Shown piece after piece: positions 23,288 through 36,900 of a DNA stretch of 59,759 nucleotides (position 1 is its first letter; each line of letters starts with the position of its first letter). A model generated the notes under the pieces. The model was not told the DNA's origin. It did no database searches and worked only from the letters and a program-made list of their open reading frames with translations. A program made the position numbers and the translations under genes. Location: contig MCFE01000547.1 in the NCBI GenBank assembly GCA_002104905.1, positions 1 through 59,759 of the forward strand, given 5' to 3'. The stretch comes from Basidiobolus meristosporus CBS 931.73 (Eukaryota > Fungi > Basidiobolomycota).

Positions 23288-25329
23288 GTGCTGACAGCCA
23301 ACTGACCTTGGAGGCACTACTTGTGAGGAATACTCAGAGTAGGTATCTTTTATTATATTTGATTCTTTCCCAAGTTTGTTCTTGTACAGGCAAAGATACT
23401 TTTCTGTCTTGGTAACTATTGACCACAGCTGCATTCTTATCAAGTCCCTGCTGGTGGAGTTTACAGTTGTTTTGACTATGGAATCTTTAGTACATTGTCA
23501 TCTCAAAGGACACTGAACCCAGCACATACTTTTGTTAAGATGCCAACTAAGTTGGGGATTGTAGCTCAATAGTTTTCCCTTGACAAGCTTGTGGCTTTAT
23601 TCCCCTTCACATTAGATTAGAGACAGAACCCAAGTATTCCTAGCAATCTTTTGCCAGAGGTTATTGCACCCAGTGAACACCCCACGCACAAAACACTTGA
23701 GAAGTGTTGGATGTATCTCTCCCTTTGACCTATACACCACCACAGTGCTGCTGGTTGAGCTACATTCTGTTGAGATAGATGAGCTTGTATAGAAAGGTAA
23801 TTTGTCTACCAGAGAGTCCCTGTACTCCATTGCTGCGGAGTGAAGATCCCACTGACAGACAATGTGACAATGTTAAGAACTAAAAAGGCTATCACAATGC
23901 CTTATGTGGAGCTTTGGAACATTAATAGGCACACCAAGTGGTTGGAGCACTTCTTCAAGAGTAGTGCTCACAAAATGCACTTGAGAGTTGTAAGGATTCA
24001 TTGCAAGACTGCAGTTGAGGTTCTTGACCTTGCAGTACTGGCTGAAGACCAGGATGCTTGGGAACCAGTGAATAAACAGTGGCATAAAGCCGCAGGGTTC
24101 CTGCAAAGTCATGGAAGCAGAGTATTACAGCAGAATTACTTACTGGGTGGTCAATTTTAATGGTGTTACTTGAAGAGTGTTAGGTTGGGCTTAGTGTTAA
24201 TGTAGGGTATAGGGACTTAAATAGGTCAATACAACTGGCAATTGAGGCACAACTTAAGAGTCAACAGAAATAAATCCACTTGTTTGCATCAAAAGTAAGA
24301 GAGATGGTTGAGTCAGGAAGTAAGGAGTGTGAAATATAAGTAATGGCCAATCAATGCACACAAGTGTAGGAGGCAATAGAGTGTCTGGATCAGAAAGTGA
24401 CAAAACTGGCAGAAAACCAATCAAAAGCCACTTTGGTATGGTTGTGATAAGACATTTTAGCCAGGTTTCTTGTGAAATCTGGGGTGCTTCTGTTTCTTGA
24501 CAGTCTTTGCATGGTGTCCTGACAGGGTCAATACCTTGTAGTCACACAATTTAGAATTAGTGACAGCCTTTGATTGGATATCACAATAATTTTTCATAAG
24601 GTTTAGGCTTATCTGGGTAACTCTATATCCTACTAAATCCAATGTTCCATTGTTCCACATGAGCACATTCTTGATGAGAGTATCTAGATATTGGGTAGCC
24701 CGTACTCTTTGGAGTATAAAGCATTGCAATGATGCAGAGTCAACATACCACATCTGCAAATTGCTGTTTGCACTTATTTTTAGTGCTGCTATGAGTAGTC
24801 TATATTTTGTTGCAGCAACATTGCTATATTCTGGCTTTTTCTGCTGATTTTCTCTATCTTCATTTTGCAGGTCTAATGAGTGTGCTGTCTGTTTCCAATA
24901 GCTGCCTGAGAGACTTCTGTGGTCTTTATTGGAGCTTTGTTGCCTTCTTTAGTGGTTATCATTAGTAATTAAATTGTTACCCTTTTCATACTGTTTGTGC
25001 TATACTTGTTTAACTCTTTAGCTAGGATCTTTTCATATGCTGTTGGAGTATGGGTGATTATGAGTACAATTCCAAGAGCATATAACTATGTTGCTTTCAG
25101 GCCATGACTTAATGAATATAAAGTTGATATATAATTTTAAATGTTCTTGAAGACAAATGCACTGAGTATGCTTAGTAAGGTCCCAAGTGTGTGTGTCAAA
25201 AGCTTGGTACTGTTTGTACAACCTGGATAAATCTGATATTCTAATTACATGATGCTGTGATGGAAGTGAATTCCAAGTAGTGACATGCTCCAAATTCTTG
25301 ATAGCATATAAATAATACTCAAGTGACCA

Positions 25330-26950
25330 AGTTATGTGGGTACTCAGGTTTAGTTATAAATTGTTACAACACTCACTTGCAAACAAATAGTTATATTGGC
25401 TTATCTTTATTGGAAATCCATATTTGTCAATAGCTAGTGATCTGGCAAATATATCTACAATTACTTCATCTATGGGACTATAAATCTGTTTAGTCAAGTT
25501 ACTTTCTTTAGTGTCAAGTATTAAATGATATATAACATCTATGCAATGAGCTCTAATAGGAACACTTAGATTTCTACCTTGTTGTGTACATCCTTAATTA
25601 TTTTCAGACCCTTTATTAAGGCCTCTTTGACATAAGCCCAAGTCTTTGAAAGGTTTCTTAACCACATTGCCTCTTTGTAACTTCTCAGGCAGCCAAATAT
25701 TCTGCCTTTGTGGCAGAGAGTGCTAATGTTTGTTGCATTCTGAGCTCCATTAAATTAATCATTGACAGTTGAGTAAGGTGCAACCTGTGGTTTACCTATG
25801 GTAGATCTTTTGTTACCATATTTGCCCCTAATATGCTTTGGAGTATCCCACAAAATCTGCTTTTGAGCCCTGATTGATGCACTCTAAGCAGATATCATCA
25901 GTTCCTATGAGGTATTTAAGAGGTTGTTCAGCTGCTGGAATATACTTAAATCCATAGCTCTGGTTATGCTGGTGTTATGATCTGCCACTTGAATGTTTAA
26001 GTTAGATCAGTTTTTAGTCATATCAATTAGTTATATAATAAAGTTATCACTATATCAGTAATATCCATCAAATCAGTATCATTAGTCAACAAATGAATCA
26101 GCAGATCCTACTCAGACAGAAATAGATATATTAAACAAGAACTTATTTGGCAATGTTGATGCAATCATATGAGTCATCAGCCACAGCCTACATTACAAAA
26201 TACAATTAGTCAGCAATTGATCTGGTAAAATATATATAAGGAGCTGCTGGAACCTCAATAAAAATAAGTTCAAGTTTTGGTGATTAAATACTAGCTAAAC
26301 TCCCTATTCTGCTACAACTCATATACCATGACTTGTAACACTGGTTGACAGCTCCAAATGAGCACATGATAGCTGGTTATATTCCCAGCATAATGCAAAT
26401 AAAAATACCAATCATGGATAAGCCAGGGAAATCTGGGCTTTCAGATTGCACTAAGCACTTTTATTTGGTTGTGTTTTGACCAAGTAAGGTTGTTTCATTG
26501 TCATAAGCTGCTTTTTTCCAGCCTACTGTTTAGAACCTCTCAATTATATTCTTAATATACTTGCACTAACTGAGAGTGATATTCTGGGTGCTTCTGTCCA
26601 TGGATAACCTTTTTCTTGAAAATAACTGAGCTCTCCCTCATTGCACATTTGAGCTCCATAGGCAGGCTGTATTTGATTCCTTGCAATGCTTGCTGGTCAC
26701 TGATGAGTATAATAGTTCATCCAGAGATTAAGCTAATAGAATTGTACTTGCTCAATCTGAATTTTAGTATATATAATGGTTGATAATGCACTTTAATAGC
26801 TTCTGAGTCTGATGGAATCAAACTTGGCTCCAGTGCACAGACTTCTGTATAGTCCAGTCACTTTGCCTGAAAATATCCTTTTGCATTAAATCTTGTCTTG
26901 TATCTTCAGCTTTGCTATCTGCCTTGAGTGTTATGTTTCAGAACCATCTG
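25330..26950 (-). pseudogene. Old Ty1/Copia RT-RNase H remnant
   Basis: Minus-strand ALSATKAEYL (cf. ALSTTEAEY), RAHCIDVIYH (cf. RTKHIDxxxH), YSPIDEVIVDIFARSL (cf. YCPTDxMVADILTKPL). Confidence 0.6.
25973..26340 (+). repeat. Gypsy-B solo LTR (368 bp)
   Basis: TGTT...AACA with CTGG TSD on both sides. Confidence 0.9.
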
Positions 26951-26974
26951 CCTCTATTGGATCATTAATTACCT

Positions 26975-29736
26975 TATGAAAAATCATTGTGATGATTCTG
27001 TCAAAAGGCCCTCACAGATACTAAGTTCTGTGACTAAGAGGTATTGATTCCATCACAATACTGTGCAATAAGTGTCAAAAATAATTGCACCCCAGATATC
27101 ATAAAAAACTTGGTCAATACTTTTCATCACAATGCTGTAAAAGAGGCTTTTGATTAGTTCACAGCCAACTTTCTTCATTTCTGATCCCAGACACTGTATC
27201 ATCTTCTATGTTTGTGTTCATTAATTGGCTATTACCTCTTTTTCACACACCTTACTACCTTGTTACAAGTTTTGGTATAAGAGTTGTAGAGGAATAGGGA
27301 GTTCAGCTAATATTGTATTCACTAAAACTTGAACTGCCTTTATTGAGATTCCAGCAGCTCCTTGTATACTTTTTGCCAGATCAATTGCTGACTAATTGTA
27401 TTTCCTAATGTAGGTTGTGGCTGATGACTCATTTGATTGCGTCATCATCACCCAATAAGATCATACCTAATATATCTATTTCTTTCTGATAAGGATGTGC
27501 TAATTCATTTGCTGACTAATGCTACTAATTTGATAGATAATACTGATATACTGATAACCTTATTATATAACTAATTGAGTTGACTTGAAACTGATCTAAC
27601 TTAAACATTCAAGCGGCAGATCATAACAACCAAACCCAGCTGTTTTCTTATTTTCATCCATACAAATTGTTTTATTTCCATTCAAACTTCAGTTGTACCT
27701 CAATTGGCAATTGTTTTGACTTTTACAAGTACCAATAGCTTACACTAACATTTAGCCAAACCCCATACTTAGTAAGCAACTCCATTAAAATCTGCCACTC
27801 AATATGTATTTCTGCTGTAACACTCCATTTCCACAATATTGATAGGAGCCCTACAGCTTTATGCCATTGTTTGTTCATTGGTTCCAATATGACCTGATCT
27901 TTGGCCAGTACTGCAAGGTCTAGCACCTCATCGGCCAGTCTTTGTAATAAGTCCTTGCAATATTCAAGTGGGCTTTCTTGAGCACTGCTCTTGAAGAAGT
28001 GCTGCAACCACTTGGCATGCTTATTAATGCCCCAAAATTTCAATAAAGGCATTGAAATGACCTTTGAGTTCTTGATGTTGCTACTCTGTCTGTTAGTGGG
28101 ATCACCACTCTGTCAACTATGGAGGATGTGCAGGATATGGTAGACAGATTGCCTCTCTCTGCAAGCTTATCTACCTCATTGGAATGTAGCTAAACTGGCT
28201 GCACTTCCCACTCTTGTGTAAACAGCTATTTTCCTGTTGGTAATTCTTCTTGGCTATGATAGGATTCAATATATTCTAGGCTAAAGGTGCCAATTGGTAA
28301 GTACTGAAGCTTTTTTCTTATGCCTCCCTGTGTCTGGATAGAGTTGGCTTTTCCCCTCTACCTTTTTCTTTATTACTGCTAGATCTTTCTCTGCTACTTT
28401 GTTGGAGGGCTTCTTGTATTGAACTATGTTTTGTCCTTGCTAAATGCCACTCAGATTCATCTGATTTGGCCTGCTTGTCCCTTGCTGGCACTCTGCAGGC
28501 AACCTAATGCTTCTTTCCTGCTGGTTTCAAATTCTCATCCCATGCAGTGAGAGGCTCCCGAGGTAGCTGCTTGTACTTATCATTGCCAGGTCCTTCACTT
28601 CTACTTTGACTAGGTACTTTTTGCATAGAAGTATACTTCTACTTTGGGAAATTGTGTGCTGGTGCATCTGATTTTGCCTGCTCTTCTCTTATTGGCACTT
28701 GTCCAGCTACCTAATGCCTCTTTGACACCTGTTTGGAGCTCTTGGCCCTGCTTGTAATGGGCTTTTAAGGAATCCGCTGGTTTTTAGCCATTGCACCTTT
28801 GTTCATCTACCTATAATAGTTTCTGCTATTCTTGAGATACTTTTTTAGCATTCAAATGCTGGTCCAACAGCCATTTGCTTGTTTGAGTCCCAGATAATGC
28901 TCATGGAGCAACTCAAGTGCATTCTGCTTGGCCTTGAGCTTCAGATGGTCCCATGGTATGCTGGCCTTAAGGTGTTGGTGTGCTAGACTTCTAATGATAT
29001 CTTGAATACTGACCCACTCTTCATTATTGCACTCAATGGCTTCATGGGTCTTTGATGTATTTTGATTTTTAGGCTTTGGTATACACACTTCATTTTCTCC
29101 TTCTCATACTGTGACAGGTTTATCTGTGGGCTTTATCTTGGGCACTGTTGTTGTGCCTCAAAGACTTTATAGTGTTCCTCTGCTGTTACATTGGGAAATG
29201 GCTCAATACTTGGCTGTGACATTCATATACTTGAGTTCCTTCTTTGCAGCAAAGATAGTGCTTTCTCTACCTGCAGTATTGATTGCTCTACACCTTTTAT
29301 CTGCTTATCCTGTTTCTGGATTATGTTCTAATTTCTCTAGGCCAATGCATCTAACCTATCAGCCACTGCACCTAATTGCCTCATTGCTGCTTTAGTATGA
29401 GCTGAAAACATACTTGCCAATACAGGTGGTGGTTATTTTCTGACAACCACTTGCTGGTCCTCAGCTGAAGGTAGTGCTTTTGCTCATTCTCATCTGCCAC
29501 AGCAATATGGTCTGCTTGCAGCTCTGCAGGGATTCCAATTGCCTACTTGACTCAGAACCTGAGGAGTCTGCATTATTCCCTTCAATGGTCACGCTGTTCA
29601 CAGGGCCTTACTTGGTTGTAGCACCACTTGTTGCACTGAATGTCAAAGCAAGCTGTTGTTCAACTGTTCATCTGCTGCTGTCTGAGATGGGGTTTAGTTA
29701 TGAACCACACAACTTTGCTTTACTTTTTGGCAGCAT
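26975..29736 (-). pseudogene. CACTA accessory (TnpA-position) gene, decayed
   Basis: Start MLPKSKAKL; coiled-coil-like segment; YLKASIPWD..LKAKQNAL.LLHE domain; two 207-bp units; LW.IN.H...HFFKSSAQE domain. No recognised family. Confidence 0.55.
27261..27628 (-). repeat. Gypsy-B solo LTR (368 bp)
   Basis: Flanks ACCT and ACCA; CACTA host continuous across it. Confidence 0.88.
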
Positions 29737-29957
29737 TTATATGGAAGTGAGTCAAACCAAATGGGCAATGGTGTTACATATATGAGTGTATGTTGTGCCA
29801 CAGCCTTATTTATAGTACTTCTATTGTGGGTCATCATTGAATCTAACATTTATGCAGGTCTAATGTTGCAAAGGCAAGACTGCCTTATAGTGACATGAGT
29901 ATTAACAAAAAAGTGATAAAATAGCATTATATTGTTGAGTGTCAAACTGTTTGCCCC

Positions 29958-32100
29958 ATGAATAAGACCACTGTGAGTCAATTCCATAAGAGAAGAAAAA
30001 AAGACCATGTGGCTATTGTAGGAAGCCTCTCAGCCATGAAGCATGTGGACAGAATAGGGGGTATTACAAGGATCACAGCCAGTGTTTTGCCACACAAGTC
30101 ATATATGACCATTCACCAGTCACTACTCTACTAAAAATATTTTGCTGACCACCTGATACTTTTATAGTGGCATCTGGCTGTACTTATCACCTTGCGCAAA
30201 CTAAGTCACCAAAGTTTCAGACACCTTTAGGCTCACCCCAGCCTTCTGAATAGGGCATGCAGAGTGATAGCTCTGAAGCAGCAGGTGCACATATGGATTG
30301 TGAGCTTATCTTCCCTAACAGCAGTATTCAGCATGAGCCCAGCAAAATCCTATTTTGCAATGCAACAACACTGGTGGAAAAAATGCCAAGGATACTGTAT
30401 GGAATCAAGTGAGCCCAGTAAATCATCTGCTGGTGAATGATGTGATGCTGTGTCTAGAAAAGTTATGTGTTCCCATTGATATTAATAATGGGGCATTGAG
30501 GATTTACTACTACCTCCTGTCAAATCATCCTGGGATGCAACTTACCATGTACAGAGCATATATGGAAAACTATTCTGCTGCTGGCAACATATGACCCAGA
30601 GACCATCCTGATACCTGCATGTGTTAACAGTTGTGTGGCATTCACATCCAAAAATGCCACCATTGCAAGGCGTCCAACTTGCAAGGAATTTACCACCATT
30701 AGAGGAAAACATTGCTCATACTCTGGATATATTCCAGTGACATCCTGTATAAAGAAGCTCATGCAGTCCAAGAAATACTGTGAAGCTGCAAAGTACTGTG
30801 CTCAGTATCAATCAGGCGCAAGTATATCAGATATATGCAATGGCAAACATTACATACAGCTAGGACACAAGGGCTATTCTGAAGGTACATAAGACTGTGC
30901 CTTTTCCTTGGCACTTGATGGACTCTCACTAAACCAGTACTCTTGCAGCAAATCCTGCTGGCTGCTGATTCTGATCAACCTGAATATGCTGCCTATCTTC
31001 CAGTAACAGAGCAAAAATCCAACGGTTGTTTTACTGGTATCCTGGTCTAAATACTATACAATCTGGATAGCTATCTGCACCCATTGCTGCATGAATTTTT
31101 CATGCTTTCTAGTGGGATAACTGTAAATGGCCATCATGCTAAAGCACATACTATTATCTGCATAGGAGATATTCCAGCCATCAACAAGATAGCTGGCTTT
31201 TTTGGGCACAATGAGAGGTATTGCCATCAAATTTGCAAGATCCAGGGGACTTACTCCATAACTCACAAATATTATTATTACACAACTACCAATACTAAGA
31301 ACATCATTTTTCAGCGGAGAGCTTCTACAAAAGTCAGCATGCAATTGCAGAAAAGCTGGCAAGCTATAAGCCATTGGTTGGAATATAAATCAATTGTGAA
31401 CAGGAGATAATTAACACAGAGAGTATCTCTAGGAGCAGAAGCTCTTCACTGGGAGCAATGCACTTGCTTCTCAACAATTTCACAATAATGATGACCAAGT
31501 TGTACATGGGGCATTTCAAGCTAAATGAGCCTATTGAGACACCAGTGAAGTTTTAAAAATTTTGCAAGATATTAGAGAGCATCTGCTACCATTGTTACTT
31601 CCCACAGGCTCCAATCAACATTCATTTGTATATACAATAATACTAGTGTATCCATTTGCTACTCTATTTTTCTTGGAGTGTTGAGAATATTGGACCTTAC
31701 TTCAACCTTTGGGAGTTTCCTATGGAGTGGATTTGTGGAGAGAAAGGAAGACAAGTCAGGTTGCAGGTACTACTATATCCCAATCCTCTCCAGAATATTA
31801 CCTGCAAGTCCTACATGGATGTGATGAGTAGGAATATGGAGGACAGCCAGGAAGAGTTGGAAAATACAGAGGCCAGATGTGCACATGGAGACACCTATGC
31901 TTCTGGCATTAAAAAGCCAAGCAGCCCCAATGTGTGGGTAATCAGTTAAGTAATGCAAGGTTGGGTTGAATGCAACAAGCAGCTAACTGTATTAGGATAA
32001 TTCAACCAAGGTATGCCAGACTTCTTTTGGTCACAAGCCAATTCCCACACCATTCAATACAGAGTTCACACAAACAAGAGCCAGAGCACACCACTCAGGG
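29958..32100 (+). pseudogene. CACTA/EnSpm (Transposase_21/Tnp2-like) transposase, decayed and internally deleted
   Basis: CGYC...H N-terminus, NSCVAFT, ISDICNG, SLALDG, SCWLLILINLN, CIGDIPA.NK.AGF.GHN, ENIGPYFNLWEFPME.ICG. Confidence 0.8.
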
Positions 32101-33927
32101 GGACTAGAGTCCAGTAGGGACAAGGAATATTTTTACCAAAGACCAAAAAGTTCTTTGCGGTAAGGTGGTGTATAGGTTTAAGGGAGAGATATGTTGCATT
32201 GTATAATGATTAGTTTGGGGATTGCTCTACAAAGTAGAGGCTAATTATCAACATACAGCAACTTCTAATATGTCAATACTGAAGTAGTTTATTGGAAGCT
32301 TGATATATCAATAGAAGATATATCTTTTGTTATTATCCTGAATCTTAGGCTCATAATATACTGTAGGCAGTGTCTCACTTGCATAGCCATGTTTTGGCCT
32401 TCTGTAACTGTTGGGCTGATTTACTTTTATAGTGACTTTTTCTTATTTGGAAGTCACTTTCATTTCTGCAAAAATATTTCCTAATATGGAATTTTGAGCT
32501 CCTCTACAACTTAAAGGGCTGTGGTGTAGAAGTCTCTAAAGTGGTCTTGAGACTAAAGGGGTGTTTTTAGAGTAAAAAGGCTTCTAAAAGGGGACTTTTA
32601 CAACAGAAAAGTGATAGTTTCTTGCAGAAACTGGATTGGATTCTTGTGAACTTTCAGTCTCCTTACTGATTTAGTATCTTTCAAGGTCAGAAAACTCAAC
32701 AGTGCAAGTGATGTAGGGGAAGTCTCATAACCTTTAAATTTACAATCATAGTGTGAAGATTCTGGAAAGAGAAGCACTCTTTTTATTTTTTGGCTGAGGA
32801 TTATATATATGAAAATTCTGAAGGATCAAAGGTTTTGGACAATTACTCAAGCAATACACATGATACAAAGCTAGAATCTTGTGGTGGCACTGAGTGGGCA
32901 TAGATGCAACACATGTGAAAACATCTTGTGATTTGATTGGCTGGCTCAAAAGTTACATGCAAGCAAAGTCACCATAATAATCTTAGCAAGAGAGGCCTAC
33001 TATATATAGTAATTGAACTCCTTGGATCATAACTCCTTAAATACTGCTTAAAATGAGCTGTAATCTGAAGCATGTGTTGGCTACCAAGTGTTCTGCTTGA
33101 AAAATTATTCTTGGTTTGATTGCTACCTAGGGCCCTTCAGCTATTTTTCTTTGAAGTAGGAATTTCTTAATCTTTCATTTTTGTGATATGGCAGCAAAAG
33201 CAAAAAAAAGAAATGTTAACCATATTGGTATTGAAATATTATAGTAATGGAATACTTTCCATCAACACAGATATGTCCAACACTTCTCAAGTGTTTGGTG
33301 TGTGGGGTTTTCACTGGGTGCAATAGACTCTGGCAAAAGCTTGCTAGGAATACTTGGCTTTTTCCTTAATTCAATGTGAAGGGGAATATAGCCACAAGCT
33401 TCTTAAAAGAAAACTCATAAGCTACAATCCCCAGCTGAGTTGGCATCTTAACAAAAGTAAGTGCTAGGTTCAGCATCCTTTGAGATGATAGTGCACTTAA
33501 GCTTCCAAAGTTAAAACAATTGTCAACTCCACCAGCAGAGACTTTGGAAGAATGCAGCTGTGGTCAATAGTTACAAGGACAAAAAAGTATCTTTGCCTGT
33601 ACAAGAAAATACTTGGCAAAGAATCAAATATAAGAAAAGATGCCTATTCTGAGTATTGTTTACAGTTATTGCCTCCAAGGTCAGTTAGTTGTCATCACAG
33701 ATTTGTTGGAGTATCCTGAAGTCTGGGGTTGCAACTTCAGGTAACAGCAGGTTGCAGTTATCACACCAATCAACAAGTTGGTATATTTATAAAAGGGATT
33801 ATGATTCATTGCTGAGGGATCACCTCCCTTATACACCATTTGCACTGGCAAAGTGATTACTAACCATGGTGTTCCAAAGGATTCTGAGGTCAAATTGATA
33901 TCATGACATCAGCATGAGCTAAGAATG

Positions 33928-36900
33928 TGTTACAAGTCTTGGTATAAGAGTTATAGAGGAATAGGGAGTTCTGCTAGTATAGTATTCACTAAAACTTGAA
34001 CTGATCTTTATTGAGGTTCCAGCAGCTCCTTATATATAGTTTGCCAATTCAGTTGCTGACTAATTGTATATCCTAGTGTAGGTTGTGGCTGATGGCTCAT
34101 TTGATTGCATCATCATCACCCAATAAGATCCTACTTAATATATCTATTTCTGTCTGATAAGGATTGGCTGATTCATTTACTGACTAATGCCACTGATTTC
34201 ATAGATAATACTGATATACTGATAACCTAAACATATACTAATTGATATGACTAAAAACTGATCTAACTAAAGCATTCAAGCGGCAGATCATAACATTCTC
34301 CCCTACCAAAGTTGAGAGGGTTCTCCTGAGTCTCTTTTCTTGAGATATCAATAGCTTGATGGTTCAGTATTATCAGCAAGTCTTGCAAGCTTGAGTATGT
34401 CCCTATGCACTAGTCTTCCTGGATATGCACTAAATCTTCCCAAATATTGCCTTGTTTGTCCACTGGTTGGTAAGTTGCAAATGGATATTCTATGATGATC
34501 TTGAATGGTCCTGTCCATTGTGGCTCAAACTTCTTCTAAGTGTTGTTTCTTAGCAATACAAAGTTCCCAACTGTCAGTGCTTCTGGTGCTATAGTCTTAT
34601 CAAATCTCTGCTTCATCTTTTCTGCACTTTGAGATACTTTGGTCTGTGCCTCTTGACGTCTTTGCTCCAGTTGCTGGTGTCTACTTGGCTGACTGAGTTC
34701 ATCTTCTAAGGTGTCTGTGAGCTTTGGTTGTGTGAGATCTCCTGGAATTCTAGGTTCACATCCATACACTAAGTAAAACGGCAATTGCTGGGTGGTGTTT
34801 TGTATTCTGACTCTGCATGCAAAGAGTGCTTGGTCTATATACTCATCCTATCTACTGACAACTCTATTTGCATACTTGGTCAGCATTTTTCCAAATAATC
34901 CATTAAACCATTCAGTGACTCCATTAGTTTGTGGGTGATATGCCTAGGTTTTCAAGTGTTTGATCAGCTGCATTTCCAGGTAAGCTTCCAATGTCTTTGC
35001 TATCATGTTTGCACCTGTATTGGATAGAATCTCTACAGGGCATCCAAATTTCATAAGGATCTCATGGTAGATGAAACTTGCAACTTCTTATTCATTGACT
35101 ATATGTACAGCTTTAGCAACTGGCCATTTGGTGGCATGGTCAATTGCTACTAGGATCCAATGGTTGCATTTCCTGGCAGTTGGCACTCTTCCAATAAAGT
35201 CAATTCCCCATCTTTCAAATGGTCCTACAGGCTCTAAGGGAAAGAGTTCAGCAATTCTCTGTGGTTGGCCTTGGTTGATTTGGCAATTTGGGCATATTTT
35301 CACTAGCTTCTCAATGTCTTGTTTCATTCTGGACCACCATGCTCTGGCTTTCACAAGGCTATGGGTTCCTTCAATCCCAAGATGTCCATATCCATTGTGT
35401 AGCTTATGTATTAAATCAAGGCAAGCAACATAAGGGCAACAGGGCTTCTGTCAACAATTTGGTACAGTGTTTAATCCTGTACAACAAATTTGCTGGCTTC
35501 ATCCCGGATTATCTTCTTTACATCTTCATCCACCTCATTAGGAATGGCTTGGTCCTCCAAGTTTTATGGTAATAAGCTAGGCCAATCTGACTCATGCACC
35601 AAGTTGTGTCACTTGTTCTAGTCTTGATAAGGCATCAGCAACCATGTTGTTTTTCCAGGGCTGTATACAATCTCCAAGTCAAATTGCTGAATGTATTCAC
35701 TCCATCTTGTCATTCTTCTAGAGAGTACCTTCTGAGTAAATATATACTTGAGGGAGGCATAATCAGTCTTCACAGTGCATTTGACTCCTTCAATATAGCA
35801 TCCCCATGTCTTCAAACAGTGTGTTATAGCAAGCATCTCCTTCTTGTGCACTGGATAGTTTTGTTCTGCTGAGTTCAGTTTTTTGGATTCAAGGGCAACA
35901 GGGTAGTCCTTTCCCCTGTATTCTTAACTGAATACTCCACCAATTGCATAATCTGAAGCATCTGTGCACAGAGTAAACTCTTTTCTGAAGTCAGGTATTC
36001 TTAAGCTTGGTAGTTTAGCAAGTTCATTCTTGAGCGTCTGAAAGGCAGTCTCAGAAGCTATGTCCCACTTATGGGTGTTATCTTTCTTGAGGATATCAGT
36101 TAAAGGGGCTGCAATACTTGCAAAGGACTTGACAAATCTCCAATAATAGGAAACCATTCCAAGGAATGATTTGAGTTCTGATATGCAATGGGGCTGCTTC
36201 AGGTTCTTGATAACTTCAGCCTTCTCAGGGTCTAAGGTCACCCCTGTGCTAGTCACTATGTGTTGCAGGTATTCAATGTGTTCCTTGAAGAATTCACACT
36301 TGGCTAGCTTGCCATATAGCTTGTTCTCTCTTTCCTTCTTCAAAACCTTTTCAATGTGCACCATGTGATCCTCTTCTGTCTTGCTGTATATCTATATGTC
36401 ATCCAGGTAGATTATCACAAATTTGTCCAAGTACTCCTGGAAGATGGTCTACATCAGTGTCATGAATATTGCAGGGGCATTGGTGAGGCAAAAACTCATG
36501 ACTGAGTACTTGTAATGCCCATATCTGGTCCTGAATGCTGTCTTAAGGATATCTTCTGACTTCACCCTAATCTGGTTGTATCCTGACATGAGGTCAATCT
36601 TGCTGAATATAGTGGCTCCATTGAGTTGGTCCAAAAGCTCATCAATCCAAGGTATGGGGTACTTATTCTTCACAGTAACTGAGTTGAGGGCTCTGTAGTC
36701 AACACACATCCTAAGAATTCTATCCTTCTTCTTCACAAAAAGTACTGGTGCTCCCCAAGGTGACTTGCTGGGTCTGATGTATCCTTGCTCCAATAATTGA
36801 TATATTGGTCCCCTCATCTCTTCCAACACCAATGGACTCATTTTGCAAGGTGTCTTACCCACTGGGTGGCTATCTCCTGTTTTAATGGCATGATCTATGT

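Larger units (their letters stand above)
21589..23744 (+). repeat. LTR-A (outer), split at 22205/23288 by an inverted LTR-A
   Basis: TGTAGTGGGG...CACCACCACA; TSD GCAC and GTGC (two decay products of GCGC). Confidence 0.88.
21480..24620 (+). pseudogene. CACTA accessory-gene 3' region, interrupted by nested LTR-A copies
   Basis: 21480-21588 joins 23745-24620; LWNINRHTK..HFFKSSA...EVLDLAVLAEDQD as at 27723-28052 and 50150-50400. Confidence 0.7.
26975..32100. mobile_element. Most complete CACTA/EnSpm copy (accessory gene -, transposase +); termini not found
   Basis: Accessory gene ~26975-29736 (-) and transposase 29958-~32100 (+), head to head. Confidence 0.75.

Noticed and set aside
23554-23570. 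GGGGATTGTAGCTCAAT in LTR-A resembles a tRNA 5' end with an A box (tRNA gene or SINE)
   Set aside because: No B box (GTTCRA), no cloverleaf and no 3' acceptor stem downstream; it is an internal part of LTR-A.
27421-27460. CTGATGA in the reverse Gypsy-B LTR as a hammerhead ribozyme core
   Set aside because: No GAAA after a stem II and no cleavage triplet geometry.
32100-33270. Unassigned AT-rich segment (also ~16790-17150 and ~24620-25330)
   Set aside because: No second copy, termini or recognisable motif found by eye; probably very old repeat debris.
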